From: Trypanosoma brucei
Lineage: Eukaryota
NCBI GenBank assembly: GCA_000002445.1
Contig: AL929603.2
Location: forward strand, 256,001-320,000
Reading direction: 5' to 3'
DNA length: 64,000 nucleotides
Positions 22,187 through 33,892 of the stretch are shown here, one piece after another. A program made the translations under genes and the position numbers. The notes beneath the pieces were generated by a model. The model was not told the DNA's origin. It saw nothing but the letters and a program-made list of their open reading frames with translations, and ran no database searches. Within the stretch, counting starts at the first letter, position 1. The number at the start of each line of letters is the position of its first letter.

Positions 22187-22430
22187 TTCAAATTAAGTGA
22201 ACGTCAAAAAGGGGTGAGAAGAGTAAGTTATGTCAGGCTCAAAATGACGAGTCTGCGTTACAAAAATCCTCCATCATTCTCAGCATTAGTTTCTTTTTTA
22301 AAAGGGGGAGGAATAGAACGGAGTTAGACAGAACATGATATTCAGAAATACTGGATCTCAGCTCCTGCATTTGGCATGTCCACACATCAAAAAAAAACAT
22401 ATACTATTGGCAACATGTGCGAAAGGGCAT

Positions 22431-23201
22431 CTACTTCCTTTCGCGTGTACGCTGCAACCGGCTACTCCTTGTTGGCCCACCTCTTTGGGAAGCAATTTGT
22501 GTTTCACCACAATTACTTCGTGCAGCAAATTTCATTATTTCCTCCAGCTTGGAACGATTTGGATAGTGTTGCTTAGTTTGGCCACTTTTCAGAAACCTTA
22601 CATAACTCGATATATTCATTTCGTATTCGAGAAAGGACGCAAGATTCATCGCTGTTGTTTTGTCATGAGTGGCAACGCGATCAAAAAACGGTAACATAAT
22701 TTCTTTTGGCGCTGTCACACCAGCTGCAAAGAAAACGGCCATCACCTTCATGGATATGCACGGGCAGCTCACAGTTTTCAACTTATCGTACAAAAATTCC
22801 TCACCAGCGAGGGGTCCGTCAGCAACGTCGATGAATACGCGAAATGGAATGTTCTCAACGCTGTGTGGTGGTTGTGATTCACATGTCTTTGCATTCATCG
22901 AATAACGGTTCCTGGTGGATGCGCTTGTCTGCTCCGTCGGCATCAGCTTTGGTAGTGAGGAAACACGCGATACTTCTGTATAACAACAACCAATAGGCCT
23001 CGTCTTGCAGAACGCTCCGTCAGGGACATCAACAGAAAAAGACAAACCATGCGCATCAAACCCTTCAAGGAAACCAATAGCGGCAACGAGCATATTAAAT
23101 AAGGCACCTTGGGGTACTTTCAAGGTCAAAAGCCCCGTAACAGCCGCGTACTTAAAACGAGCAAGAGACCTCTGGCCACAGATTGCAACTGTCCGATTCA
23201 T
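22431..23201 (-). CDS. Hypothetical 256-aa protein immediately upstream of midasin on the same strand. It may be a separately encoded midasin N-terminal domain (speculative).
   Basis: ORF with protein-like composition. A pyrimidine-rich tract lies on the minus strand upstream of its ATG (23210-23420). The segment ASFLEYEMNISSYVRFLK weakly resembles yeast Mdn1 N-terminal domain LAYYRLLYHNKEVFARFIQ at a compatible spacing from AAA1. Confidence 0.45.
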   Translation of the reverse strand: MNRTVAICGQRSLARFKYAAVTGLLTLKVPQGALFNMLVAAIGFLEGFDAHGLSFSVDVPDGAFCKTRPIGCCYTEVSRVSSLPKLMPTEQTSASTRNRYSMNAKTCESQPPHSVENIPFRVFIDVADGPLAGEEFLYDKLKTVSCPCISMKVMAVFFAAGVTAPKEIMLPFFDRVATHDKTTAMNLASFLEYEMNISSYVRFLKSGQTKQHYPNRSKLEEIMKFAARSNCGETQIASQRGGPTRSSRLQRTRERK

Positions 23202-26200
23202 CCAACCATCCCAAAGGCTTAAAGAACTTCAATGGGGAAAATAGGAAAAGATATACAGTAAGAAGTGAGCTTTGAATACATAAATAACAGGCCAAAATAC
23301 AGATGCAGCCCCATACCGTATAAATGGGGGGAAACAAAAGAACAACTGGTATACCCCAGCAAATACAAGACATTTGTGGTGGGAAAAGAACGCTGAAATA
23401 GGTACAACCAGGTCCGGTTGCCATTTCTACGGAAAGTCTGTATTCAGCGCATCCGCGGGGTGATCTAACAAACAATCTCACACGTACACGCACTGATGGA
23501 TCGGTAGATAGTGTAGACTTCCACTCCAAAATAGTAAAATGAATTTAATTTTCATCGTCATAAAGAAACACTAAACATATCACTCAAAATAACAACAATT
23601 TTCATGCTTCAGCGCGGCTCGTGGTTACAAGACGCCGTGCACCGGTCAGATCTAGGTGGCATCATTTCATTACGCAATTACCATTCATACAAACTACGAG
23701 GCAAAAGAAGCGAAAGAAAACAAACTTTCCACTAGCAGCTATCACGGTAGTAACGTAACGCATTGATCTCCCTCTTGCTTTATTTAAAAAAAAAACAGAA
23801 ACGCTGAGGACTTCTACGGGAATCTAACGTCCGGTAAAACGTCTCTACGACACTGTCATTTCTGTCACTCCAATGATCACTAGCACACGCCTATGCTTTT
23901 TCGCGGCGAGTTCAACAATTTATCCGCACTTGATACGACAAAAAAACAGATGGGGGTAGATGCACCGGGAGATTTACGCTCCTCAATGACACTTACGAAA
24001 GCAGAAACAAGCAAAAATGTGATATTTACACTAGAAAAAAGTTCATTCGGGATGGTGGTCTGCTTTTCGAAGTAGCTATAACCGGCAAAAGCAGCAATAA
24101 AGAGCTGAAAAGACTGATGGGGCCCGTCAACCGGTGACATCAGTAAGGAATATTATTACCCCCCGCCTCTTCTCTCCCCCTCGAGCGGTCCAAACTTTCG
24201 CATTAACACGAGGTAACACCATATGTAACGACTCGAATAACATTTGCTCCTTTCTCGCACTGACCAGCAGATCATACAAAAAACGTTAAAACGGCGAACC
24301 ACGTACATATATCGCACCAACTTCTCAACACAGCAGTTGCAATCCCACTTCACATACAGAAACAAAGAGAAAGTGTACAACCTACGCGACGTCAGAAGAT
24401 CCGATAGCGACCCTCGGCATGGTCCACACACTACCTGCGGTCACACATGCCAATAAAAAAACCCGCTGAGTATTTATTATCACTAAAGGGGGAATGCAGA
24501 TCACAGCGTAAAAATACGTTAGTAGTGGGGAAAGCCCGGGAACATATACAGTTACCGATGTTCAGCAAAGGGCGCGGGAAGCTGTCCTCCTTTGATTCGT
24601 CTAGTTTCGAGCCATTTAACGAGAAAAGCAATCTCCAGAGGCAGCACCAAACACTCTCAAGGGCACCGAAACCAGGAACACATCTCCCAGAAACAATACA
24701 CAAACCTTTAAGACAGACCCCCTAGAGAAACGCCCACAGTGCAACACCACACCATGGAACCGGGTAGAACAACCTTAAGTCCGCTTCCGCACCCCCATTC
24801 AGCTGTCACGTGCTGGTGGTCGATCCAAAGCTCTCCTTGGATCATCCTGCTGGCTCACCCACCGTAGTCGTACAGGTTCCTGTTCTCTTCCGATGGAGGT
24901 GCCACAAAAATATGGCTTCCACGGACACAAAAGACGCTATTTCAGTCTACACAGCTAAGAAATCAGGTATTATCTAAACTGCAGTCAACTAGATCACACC
25001 TCGGCGGAGCAGGAGGACCAACGAACCCGTCTTCTTGGTTGGGGTATTTCTCAACGATGGCGGATGCCAGCCTCTCCACGACTCCTCACCCTTTCTTTCT
25101 CTTTCCTAAAAGTGCTGGAGGTAACTTCAGTTCCATCTCGCCACTGAGCACCTTCCTCCTCGAGCTTACCGATCCGTGTTTCTCCCTCAGAATCTAGAAC
25201 CCGTCGGGCTCGAGTGGTACCAAACCGTACCTACCACCCAACATTTTAATTCGCGGCGGGCACTCCTCTCATCTCACTCCCCATCCCCCCATGGCCGCAG
25301 GCATCGGACATGCACCTCGTGGAGGAAATCTCACCAACGCAAGCCACATCGCAGCCCCTGCACTGCCGGACTCCGACGCCGGCTTCCGCTCCTTGACCCC
25401 AACATCGAGCAGCCGCCACGGAACGCGACTGGCCCCAAAGTACACTGGCATCGTCTGCAGCGCGAATAGGTTCGAGCTCCCGCTAAGTTTATCAAACTCG
25501 ACACACTCCACCGAGCCATGTACGGTAGCCGGCTTCAACTGCACCCCAGTTCCTGCAACCCTCCCCCCTCCATCCATGAGCCTTCTCACCCATAGCACCT
25601 CGTTCCTGTTCGGTTGAACTACCCTCCGTGGACAAGGCACCCCATGCCACCGCCAATAATTCTTTCAACGGCACTATGGGATCAAGCGCAGGCTTAAAGC
25701 TGCTGCACATCGCCATCGTCCTTGCCAAGAGCGCCCTCTTACACGCCAGGTTGTTAAACTTCCCACCGACGACCCATTTAACTTCATTGTCATTCCACCG
25801 CCCTGCTTTCGGGCTAGTTGTTGCCCGTAATCACACAATGCAAACTACGATCGCGCTATAGTCACCCTTTAGCGCCACCACTACCGCAGCATTGCTGTCG
25901 CCAAGACACCGGTGAACCTCTATTTTCGTTGCAATCGCTGTGATTCATCTTGGTTCTGCCCCTTCCACACGAAGTCGGGTACACGCATATCCTTTGTAAC
26001 CCTTCTCCGCCCCCAAAAATTTCGCCGAGAACCGTGCTTATGTTCCTCGTAGTGTTGGTGTTCCCTTTTTATGACGAATAGGAGGACACCGGCACCACGG
26101 TAAATATATTTGTTTTTTCTTCGCACCCGATGCTACTCGGCTTCCGCTGAATTTGGTACACATGCCGGCTGAAGTTGACGCCTGTATTTATTTGTCGTTG

Positions 26201-29200
26201 GGTTCAAATTCTAATTTTGCGCAGGTCTCCATTTTTAGCACTTAACCCCCTCAAGCCCTCGCCTCACTGCTCCTGTAACACCGACGCCATTTACACCGTG
26301 GCGATCACAGCCTACTCTGTTTTTTTTTTTTACACGCCACGACAGCTTGCTACCATGTGTTTCCCATCCCACCGCCCCCGTTACCCATCTCACTGGTGCC
26401 AGAGACTCACGTTCTCAATACAACGCCCTATCATTACGTTCTTCATTTCCCGTATTTGAAAGATTTGCGACGGTTGGTGCGGGCCATCTTCCACTCAAAG
26501 GAAACTCACATAGTTGTCGTTTCTGTCTCTCTGTGACGGCAATTGTTCTTTTCTATGCATCTACTCCACACTGTTATCACATCGGTCCACTTAATTCCAC
26601 CATACCTGAGTGGTTGGCGCCTCCCGTCCCATGTCATACTGTAATGCGTTTTTGGCCGCAAGGGGCGTTAGGTTCTATAGATTCGATCTCTGTCAGCAGT
26701 CTGTCCTTCATCCCTCTCATTTTGTATCACGCACGCACTCGGTACGTGCACCCCTTCAGATTTGCTCGCCTGTTCGTTGGAACGATGAGACCTATTGAAC
26801 AATTTTGTGCATATGCACTGCTGGGGGGGGGGGGGGTTCCTCGATGCTCCTACTCACCTGAGAAGCGGCTTGTCGATCTTATTTTTGTCGTGCAGTCTCG
26901 TAAATAGCGTTTCCTTACCGCATACTTCATTGTCGCCCACCTCGGATAAAACCAGATTTATTCTTAGCACATTGCGGAGTACCACCGCCTCTCCCACAGG
27001 AGCGGAGCTTATTCTGCTTTGAACGTCCTCACGACACGTGGAGAGGTGCAACCCCACAAACGCTTTGTTTTAACTTCAACCTCCCCCCCGTTTCGTATCC
27101 CTGCTCTTGCACTTTGCCACCCAACGATGACACCTGAAGTGTTTCGTTGCGGCCATGCGAAACCAAGGCGGAAGAAATCTCTTCTATAGGTGTCGCATGC
27201 TTCCATCTACATGTAAAAGGGAAAACGACAGAAAGGAGGTCTCCAGCTCGTGTTGGTTTCATTGACTGTGCTATAGTAAGCACGTCCCCGATTTCTCCAC
27301 TTCCGTGAAATATACAGTAAATATGAGTAATACACTCAGGTTACATTGGTGGTGGATCGTTCCCCTTGTCGGCCATCTTGGAAGTGATTTCGCTTAACTC
27401 TGAGCACGGGAGTCGGGGGCGCACTGCACCGATATCAACATATTCCTACCAGCGAGTCCAGGCATCACTTTCCCCATTTGACAACACAGAATACCGAGTC
27501 CTACGCATGCAAGGCTTATATTTAAAGCAACGAAACATGCTGTGAAGTTGGTAAGTGCCATTTCCCCACTCTATGATTCATTTTCTCAGACATTTTGAAC
27601 CTAGTATTCATTGCAACACTCTTTTATTCGTAACGGGGCATCAACATATCGGTTTCCCCACATTCCCCGGTCATGCTCTCTCTGTCAAATGCGCGGGATC
27701 TGTGAAAGAGCGTGCGCCTCCCCATGTGAGTCATAACCACAACTCTGATGGTGATCAGTTGTACGCTTTTCCACTCTTTTCATCTTATGCATCATCCCTC
27801 AGCGTACTCACTTGAGAAGCTCGTGTGCGCGCTCTTTTGGTCAGACGTAGTGCGTCTGCCTTGCACGGGGTGGGGTCATCGCAGTTCTCCTCGCCCTTTT
27901 ACCAGACGACAAGAGTGACAGATCTCATTAGGATAGGGTGACCTTGACAACGTAGCCATCCCACGGTCACTACGGGTGTTCCACAATTGGCTTTTAACAT
28001 TTATAGGTAACCAACTCCGCGCCTACAAAACATTCGCACAACAGTGGTATGCCGCTCATCCTTCGCCACACCTTTGTTTCACGGCCCAGTCAAACAGTCG
28101 TTTCGATGATACCCCCCTTAACTTGTACGTTCGCAACCGCGCTTATACCAGCAGAGGGTAGAGAACTATGAGAGGTTTATTCCTGAGAACACTTCGTTTG
28201 TACAACCCTGAGGTGGAACGAGTGGGCCGCATCGCTCCTCTGGCCTTGTCGCTACGAAGGAACCGTTTTCAGCCCCAGAAATCACGGCCGCGGTGTTTCA
28301 CATACTCCATTCGCACGCTCGAAGGTGTCATTCATCGGTTAGGCCGTTAGCCCCTATTGTTTTGAACTTGTGCTTTCACCTTGATGGGCTTCACTGATCG
28401 CAGTTGTCAGGCCGCCCGTAAAATGCCCCCCCAAAAGGTGCAAACCCTGCTTTTTCGCAGCTGACTGCTGAGGGTTCGAAGGATAACCATCGTAACCACA
28501 GCGTTCCTTCCCTTCTGCAGATTCTTCTCTCTTCCTTCTCATCATTTTGTTGTTTAAAGAAAGTTGTGTTGAGGTTGGAGCCTGTATCTTCAGACGTTAG
28601 TTACAAAGGGGACTCACTACAGTTTTTGGCTGTGTGCGTTATCAACTGAAGTGCTCTTGCTGGGGGAGTGATTCATCTAAGTGGGCCTCTCTCGATTATC
28701 ATACAAGAACGAATGTCTGTTGGAAGATGAGCGAATTTTTCACACTAGTTTCGCGAATCTCTTGTATAATCTTGTTGGGATCCACTCTGTGAAGGGTTTC
28801 GGAATAGACAAATAAGAGGCCGAAGACGTTCCGAAGCTTCTGGGACATTCAGCGGCTCTTCGGTCGTCATATGTTCTCGCAGTTTTCTCTCTCTATCACC
28901 TTTGAGATGGTGAGTGTGGTACGGGGAGGAGGCGGGACAGGATTTAACCCTTCAGATATATTCAGAGTTATGGAGTAATTGCGCATCTTCTCCCCCGGTG
29001 CGATGTGATTCTCACACCAAGTTTGTCGTCAAGAAGGGTTGGGAATTAGGAACTACTGGGGGTTCTCAAGAGTCTTAGCACGAATTTATGCTGTTCGTTT
29101 TCAACAGGAACTAACCCTTTTCCATTATCTTATTCCAGTAGTGTTTTTACCCTTCGGTATACCCGCAGTACGTGTTTGTAGCGTTTTGATGGCATCGTGG

Positions 29201-32200
29201 CGCAGGCCATCACTAACTGGTGCGTGGAATGGTGTTGCCTCGTTGTTCTGTTTCCAAATCCGGCGGTCGCTGCCTGGAAGCACTGTACTAAACTCGGCCG
29301 CTGACGTTTCAGGCCGTTTTTATTGGATATACTCATTTTGTAACGTTTCTCTTGACACCGTTGGAGTCGAGCACCGCCATATAAAGACGTTCGCCTCTGT
29401 GCTGCAGGGCGTTTCCGCTCAATATTACTTGCGGAAGCATCCGTCTCATTCTCCATTTTGGCCAACCCCATTGTCACGGAACAAGGGTCCCCGATATTGT
29501 TCTACCCACCGGGCTGCGGCGGGCGGTCCATCATGAATGACTGTTGCAGCTGTGCGTCGGTACGGCTGTGGGTATTTCTCTAGTCCTTAGTATTTCCAAG
29601 TTTCTCCTGTGTGATGAGTTTCGGCTTCCCCAAGTTATCGTGTTTCCACGGATATGATTCTCTTAAGGATATTTGCAGTGAAATTGGTGGCTCTTCGGAG
29701 TTGCGGCACACACCAAAACAGTAAATAACGTTGTGTGGCGTTCATTGTCCTTAGTGGCCCGTGGCACTCGGTTTGCAACAGGGTAGTTCCATTAGCAAGT
29801 TGTGTCGCGTACAACGCCAGCTTTTTTTTTTTTTTGATGAATATTGCGGTGGGGGTTCCCCACCACGTTTTTTGTCGTTGCAGATACCAAGCGCGTGCCA
29901 ATAAAGTGCAGAATCTCTGTCGTCAACTGAGGGGACGGGCTTAGCGCACACCAAGGGGTAGGTGTCGTCCGGTCGTCCCGCGATAACTTTTTTGGGGCGC
30001 AGGGAAGCGGCCGGATGTGAATGTGGGACGGGGAAACTGCACTGTGTGCCGTGACGTGCGGATAAGTTTTTGCGGCGAAACGCCGCAACGTAAGTACTAT
30101 CGCCGTGTGTTCAAGAAAGAGGATGGACATTCCTCGTCTCTTTGAGTCACAGCCGGCAGCCGGTTGCTCTTGTGATGGGTGGATGGAGCCAAACTGCCCC
30201 CTGCGGGGGCGGAGGGCAACCTTTTTCCCCAACTGGTGAATCAACGGTTGACGTACAGTTCGGTGGAGATAACCCAACAGCATTCCGGTTTCTGGCACGC
30301 GGGAAGGGCTTAGGGTTCGTATCAACATCACTTTGCGGGGTAGTTAAGGGCATGTGATGCTGGCGATGTCGGGTCCATATGTGACTGGGGCTCTTCCAAG
30401 GGTGCTGCCTGTCCAGTTGCGGGGTCGCTCTTCACCCAGTGGTGGGTTAATGGAGCAGCCTCCTCTGCCTGACCTAATCTTAAGGGTGTATGCTACATGC
30501 GCTCGGTGTGTCCCCCCTGAACGATGTCGTAGGGTCTGCTGCCGTCTTGGAGCGGCCGTCGTCATGGAGGCAGGTGGGCGTGCTGAGAGTTTGGACAACT
30601 GGTATTCTTCGAGTGTAGCGACTCGATCGTTGTCGGGAGTGACTCCTTAACTACTGGTTTGTGGTTACAGTGCTGAAGTTTTCGTTGACAGGAAGGTTTT
30701 GGTTTTTGCCACCACAAGGTGTTTCCGTATTTCATTATCCAGAGTATATCAAAGGAAGTTTTTGAGGGATCATGGTCGCCGCGTTGGATTTTATTGCTTG
30801 AAAACGTTGCTGTCCTTTGGTGGTTTCCTCTTTCTTATACGGTCCTTCGTTGTGTGGAAGGCCACCCGTGCTAGGAGTGGATCATTGGCTTCTTTTCTAT
30901 GATTTGCGACACGTAGGTACGTGTATGCGCTTAGGGTTGTTTGTCTGTTTGTTGACTCCCTGGTTATTTGGACTGAATCACTGTTGAATCTTATCAACTC
31001 CTTTCTCGGTGCCATGCGGGTGAGGGGCATAGAAAGCAGTGCAGAGGCACTGCTTCTTGTACCTGCTTTTTTTCCAATTCTAGATTTTATTTTTTTAAAC
31101 ATCACCTTTGATAATTAGTGAGCACCTTTATACCCTGTTAAGTTGTTGCCGTGCTTATTGTCATTGGCGGCTTGTTTGTGTGTGGGGTGACAGCTACCAC
31201 ATTTTTTTTCTTTAGCGGTAGCTCCTTCTGTTTTTTTCACGTGATGATGTGCCTACGGTTTCATTTGTTCTTTCTATTCATAGAGTCTGCGCAAAGATGC
31301 CCTCTGTTGGTTGCATTGTTGACATCTACTATTGTGATTCTTAGTCGGAAATCGACGCCAAACACGTCGTCTTGATTACAGTTCTACCGCTGTTGTGATA
31401 CCTGTGGTTTGAGCAATTAACAAACGTGATTTAGGCATGCGGCCCCCTTTGGGACAAAAATTTCTCCAGCGTTGCCCAACTTTTGGTTGTTGTAGGTTTT
31501 TTGTTTCGCATCTGATGTCGTACTAAGCCGTACTAGTGATAAAATGTGCTGCGGACTACACCCGATTGCATTTTGTCTAGTGTTTATACCTCCTAAGGAG
31601 TGCGGATACTGTGAGTGATATTTCTTATCGTTTGAAACACGGCGAGTAAAGGATGAACACGGGGCCGTACTTTTTTCTCTTTTTGCCCGAGTTGATGGGT
31701 AGCAGAAGGTTGGATGAGGGGTGCCCATGAATTCCCGGCACGTGTGATTCTCTCCCCTTTGTTAATCCCACTACGCTGATACATCCGTACCTGACTGCAT
31801 ACTCACACCAACTCAAGTATGCAGGGCGGCGTGGCTCAGTGGGCATGAGGAGGCGATGAATTTGTTTTGTGCTGTTGGGCCTCCTTTGGAAGGAGCGTGC
31901 TCTGAGTTTGGCTTAGGTTGCTGCGTATAAAGTTGCTACTGGTTCTGATATTTTTCACATTTAGCGCTGCATTAGGGTTAGGGGGACAGTGATGGGTGGG
32001 CGCTGTCAGTTACACTGCGACTTTGAGGGAACGGTGCCAGCGGTTTTCCGTTTGTGAGCTTGACGCCTCCCCCCTTTTGTTCTGAGAGCATCAGGTGCTC
32101 TGCCCAATCAAACTGGTGCTACCTTCGTTATCACAAAACACCCTGTGTCTTAATATCTTTAGTAGCGACCAAGCGTCGCTGCTTGCTCTGTAGTTATTCC

Positions 32201-32581
32201 GTTTGTGAGTCATACCAAGCGCCAAACCTTTGGGTTCAACTGTTTGCCAGTATTTGTGTTGAGGTCATTGAAGTTGTGTGGGCGTTTTGTAAGTTGTTGT
32301 AGCGGGGGTTTTAACAGCGATGGTAAGACTGTGATGAAACGCGCCATCCCGTTGTTTAGATTGTTGCCCTCTTTGATATCACCCAGTGCTGCCTCGTGTT
32401 CGCAACGATTCTGTGTTAACAAAACACGCACCATTTTACGTTTTTAGTTGTCTCAGAGGTCGCGGGGAATGCCAATAAATCATAGTACTTGTACGATGCT
32501 TGGCTAATTGATACGGTCTTGCACTTTTCAAATGCTTCTCTTTCTTTTTTTACTTTCGTTGACGAAGTTGCCTATTTTTAA
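23202..32581. promoter_or_regulatory. Divergent strand-switch region, the presumed bidirectional Pol II transcription start region between the minus-strand and plus-strand gene clusters. It is about 9.4 kb with no ORF longer than 186 aa.
   Basis: Gene orientation flips here. The plus strand is A/C-rich from 23.5 to 26.2 kb and T/G-rich from 27 to 32.5 kb, consistent with transcription away from a centre near 26.3-26.9 kb. Homopolymers T12 (26320-26331), G14 (26823-26836) and T14 (29822-29835) are present. Confidence 0.7.
26823..26836 (+). promoter_or_regulatory. G14 homopolymer at the compositional-skew switch point of the strand-switch region.
   Basis: The sequence shows ctgGGGGGGGGGGGGGGttcc. 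G-tracts are a known feature of kinetoplastid divergent transcription start regions. Confidence 0.4.
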
Positions 32582-33706
32582 ATGAGTGGCGAAAACATTA
32601 AAAATTTGCTGGCGCCGCAGCCAACGGTGGATCAAGGACCGTACAGTGGGAAGTATGAGAAGCGTATGGTGGATCTTCCAAAACCAACGTACTCAACGTT
32701 TTACAACAAGAACAAAGAGTTCGACAGTACTCACCCCAGGTATTTCAAGCAACGTGACGCGGTTATCGGCCCAATAGTGAATGATACAGTGGATCCCAAG
32801 AACTTTCTCCGCACAGGACAGGGGATCAAACACATTGTTCCACCTGTGCCCCATAAAAAGCAGCACCGAAAGGATTTTTTAGACTGCGGAGACATACGGA
32901 AACGCACTCAGGGAGCGATGGAGCCGGCAGATCAACAACAGAAGGAAAGTTCGGGGATGGGTGGTATGGGATCTCTTGCAAATACAAATGGGGTGGGTGG
33001 GCAAGCGGGTGATGGCATTCGGGAGCACGACATGAGCTCCAACGACCCTGAGCGAAAGGGCGAGCAAGCTAACGGTGGCGACACCGGCTTGCGTGGCACC
33101 GGAAACGTTGAATCTGCTGTGGGATCATGTGACAACAAAAATAATTTCCAGGGGGCCGCAACAGGAGACAATGGGCGCTGCCACCTGAATTCACTTGACC
33201 GCTCACGTTGTAAAAAGGACTTTGTCACGTCAAACATTATTGATGTAGACAACATGGTCCCAAAACGGCGGAAAGATCAACCTGAGGATCCAACCCGCAG
33301 AAAGACATTTGGTCGGGTACCTGGGTATATAGGACGAGTGAAGGAGGTAATTGAGAAGGAGCGAATGCAACTTAAAGCAATTGGTGAGGCGAGAACGAAC
33401 AATCGCCTAGAGAGAGTGGGTAAATTTGTATACCGATTGGATGAGCAAGAAAGGCTAAACATGATCTCCAAATTACGAGCGAAGCTGACAGAAAAAGGTG
33501 CTGAGTTGAATAGAATGCCATTTGCTAAAGATACATATATTCAGATGAAGCGAAAGTCTGATTTGGAGAAGCGTATCAAGGAGATCGAGAGCTCTCTCGA
33601 GAAGCTGGAAAAAGACGCTGTGTTTATTTATAGCGATGATCCAAGGGTAGTTCACTGGACCAAGGACGCTGCTTTTGAGGAGGCCCGTCTCTTTGCCTCC
33701 GACTAG
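32582..33706 (+). CDS. Enkurin-domain protein, 374 aa (flagellar/ciliary).
   Basis: The C-terminus GRVPGYIGRV ... NRMPFAKDTYIQMKRKSDLEKRIKEIESSLEKLEKDAVFI matches the enkurin domain (mouse enkurin GKVPKYL ... LPVRSDTLRVRSRKVELDRRLADIEEAIKIFSRPKVFV). First gene of the plus-strand cluster. Confidence 0.65.
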   Translation: MSGENIKNLLAPQPTVDQGPYSGKYEKRMVDLPKPTYSTFYNKNKEFDSTHPRYFKQRDAVIGPIVNDTVDPKNFLRTGQGIKHIVPPVPHKKQHRKDFLDCGDIRKRTQGAMEPADQQQKESSGMGGMGSLANTNGVGGQAGDGIREHDMSSNDPERKGEQANGGDTGLRGTGNVESAVGSCDNKNNFQGAATGDNGRCHLNSLDRSRCKKDFVTSNIIDVDNMVPKRRKDQPEDPTRRKTFGRVPGYIGRVKEVIEKERMQLKAIGEARTNNRLERVGKFVYRLDEQERLNMISKLRAKLTEKGAELNRMPFAKDTYIQMKRKSDLEKRIKEIESSLEKLEKDAVFIYSDDPRVVHWTKDAAFEEARLFASD

Positions 33707-33892
33707 AGTTTAGAAAAGATGTACTTCGGGCAATGTATATCAATGTTTGTGAAACTGTGTGTACTTTCCCTCTATTATCATTCACTTCGTAATGTTTTTA
33801 CGGGTCGACCGCCATGTTTTTTCTGTTCATTCCGGGAAAGACCTGCAATACTTTTAACAAACATTTTGTTTCGTTAGAATGAAGGTAGTACT

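Noticed and set aside
22187-22430. A hypothesis that a simple sequencing frameshift separates the 256-aa ORF from midasin, which would make one continuous gene.
   Set aside because: I translated the 244-nt gap on the minus strand. All three frames contain stops (frame A stops after 8 codons, the midasin frame has stops at several positions including TAA 3 codons before the ATG, and the third frame stops after 13 codons). No single indel can join the ORFs. A polypyrimidine tract precedes the midasin ATG. Gene fission, loss or unrelatedness remain possible; see the first finding.
26347-26907. A 186-aa plus-strand ORF inside the strand-switch region, and neighbours (29792..30331 minus 179 aa, 29039..29536 plus 165 aa).
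   Set aside because: The translations are Cys/His/Pro/Arg/Ser-rich with no secondary-structure-like periodicity, which is typical of GC-rich noncoding DNA. One spans the G14 homopolymer.
23500-32500. The possibility that the 9 kb ORF-free block is an rDNA unit (18S/5.8S/28S) or contains tRNA or snRNA genes.
   Set aside because: Universal rRNA motifs (CAGCCGCGGTAAT, GGATTAGATACCC, GTACACACCGCCCGTCGC, GACCCGTCTTGAAACACGGACCAAGG, the 5.8S GATGAAGAACGCAG) are absent. tRNA-like fragments at about 25451-25480 (gcgaataggttcgagctcccgc) and 31821-31850 (ggcgtggctcagtgggcatgagg) lack matching acceptor stems and canonical T-loop or D-loop pairs.
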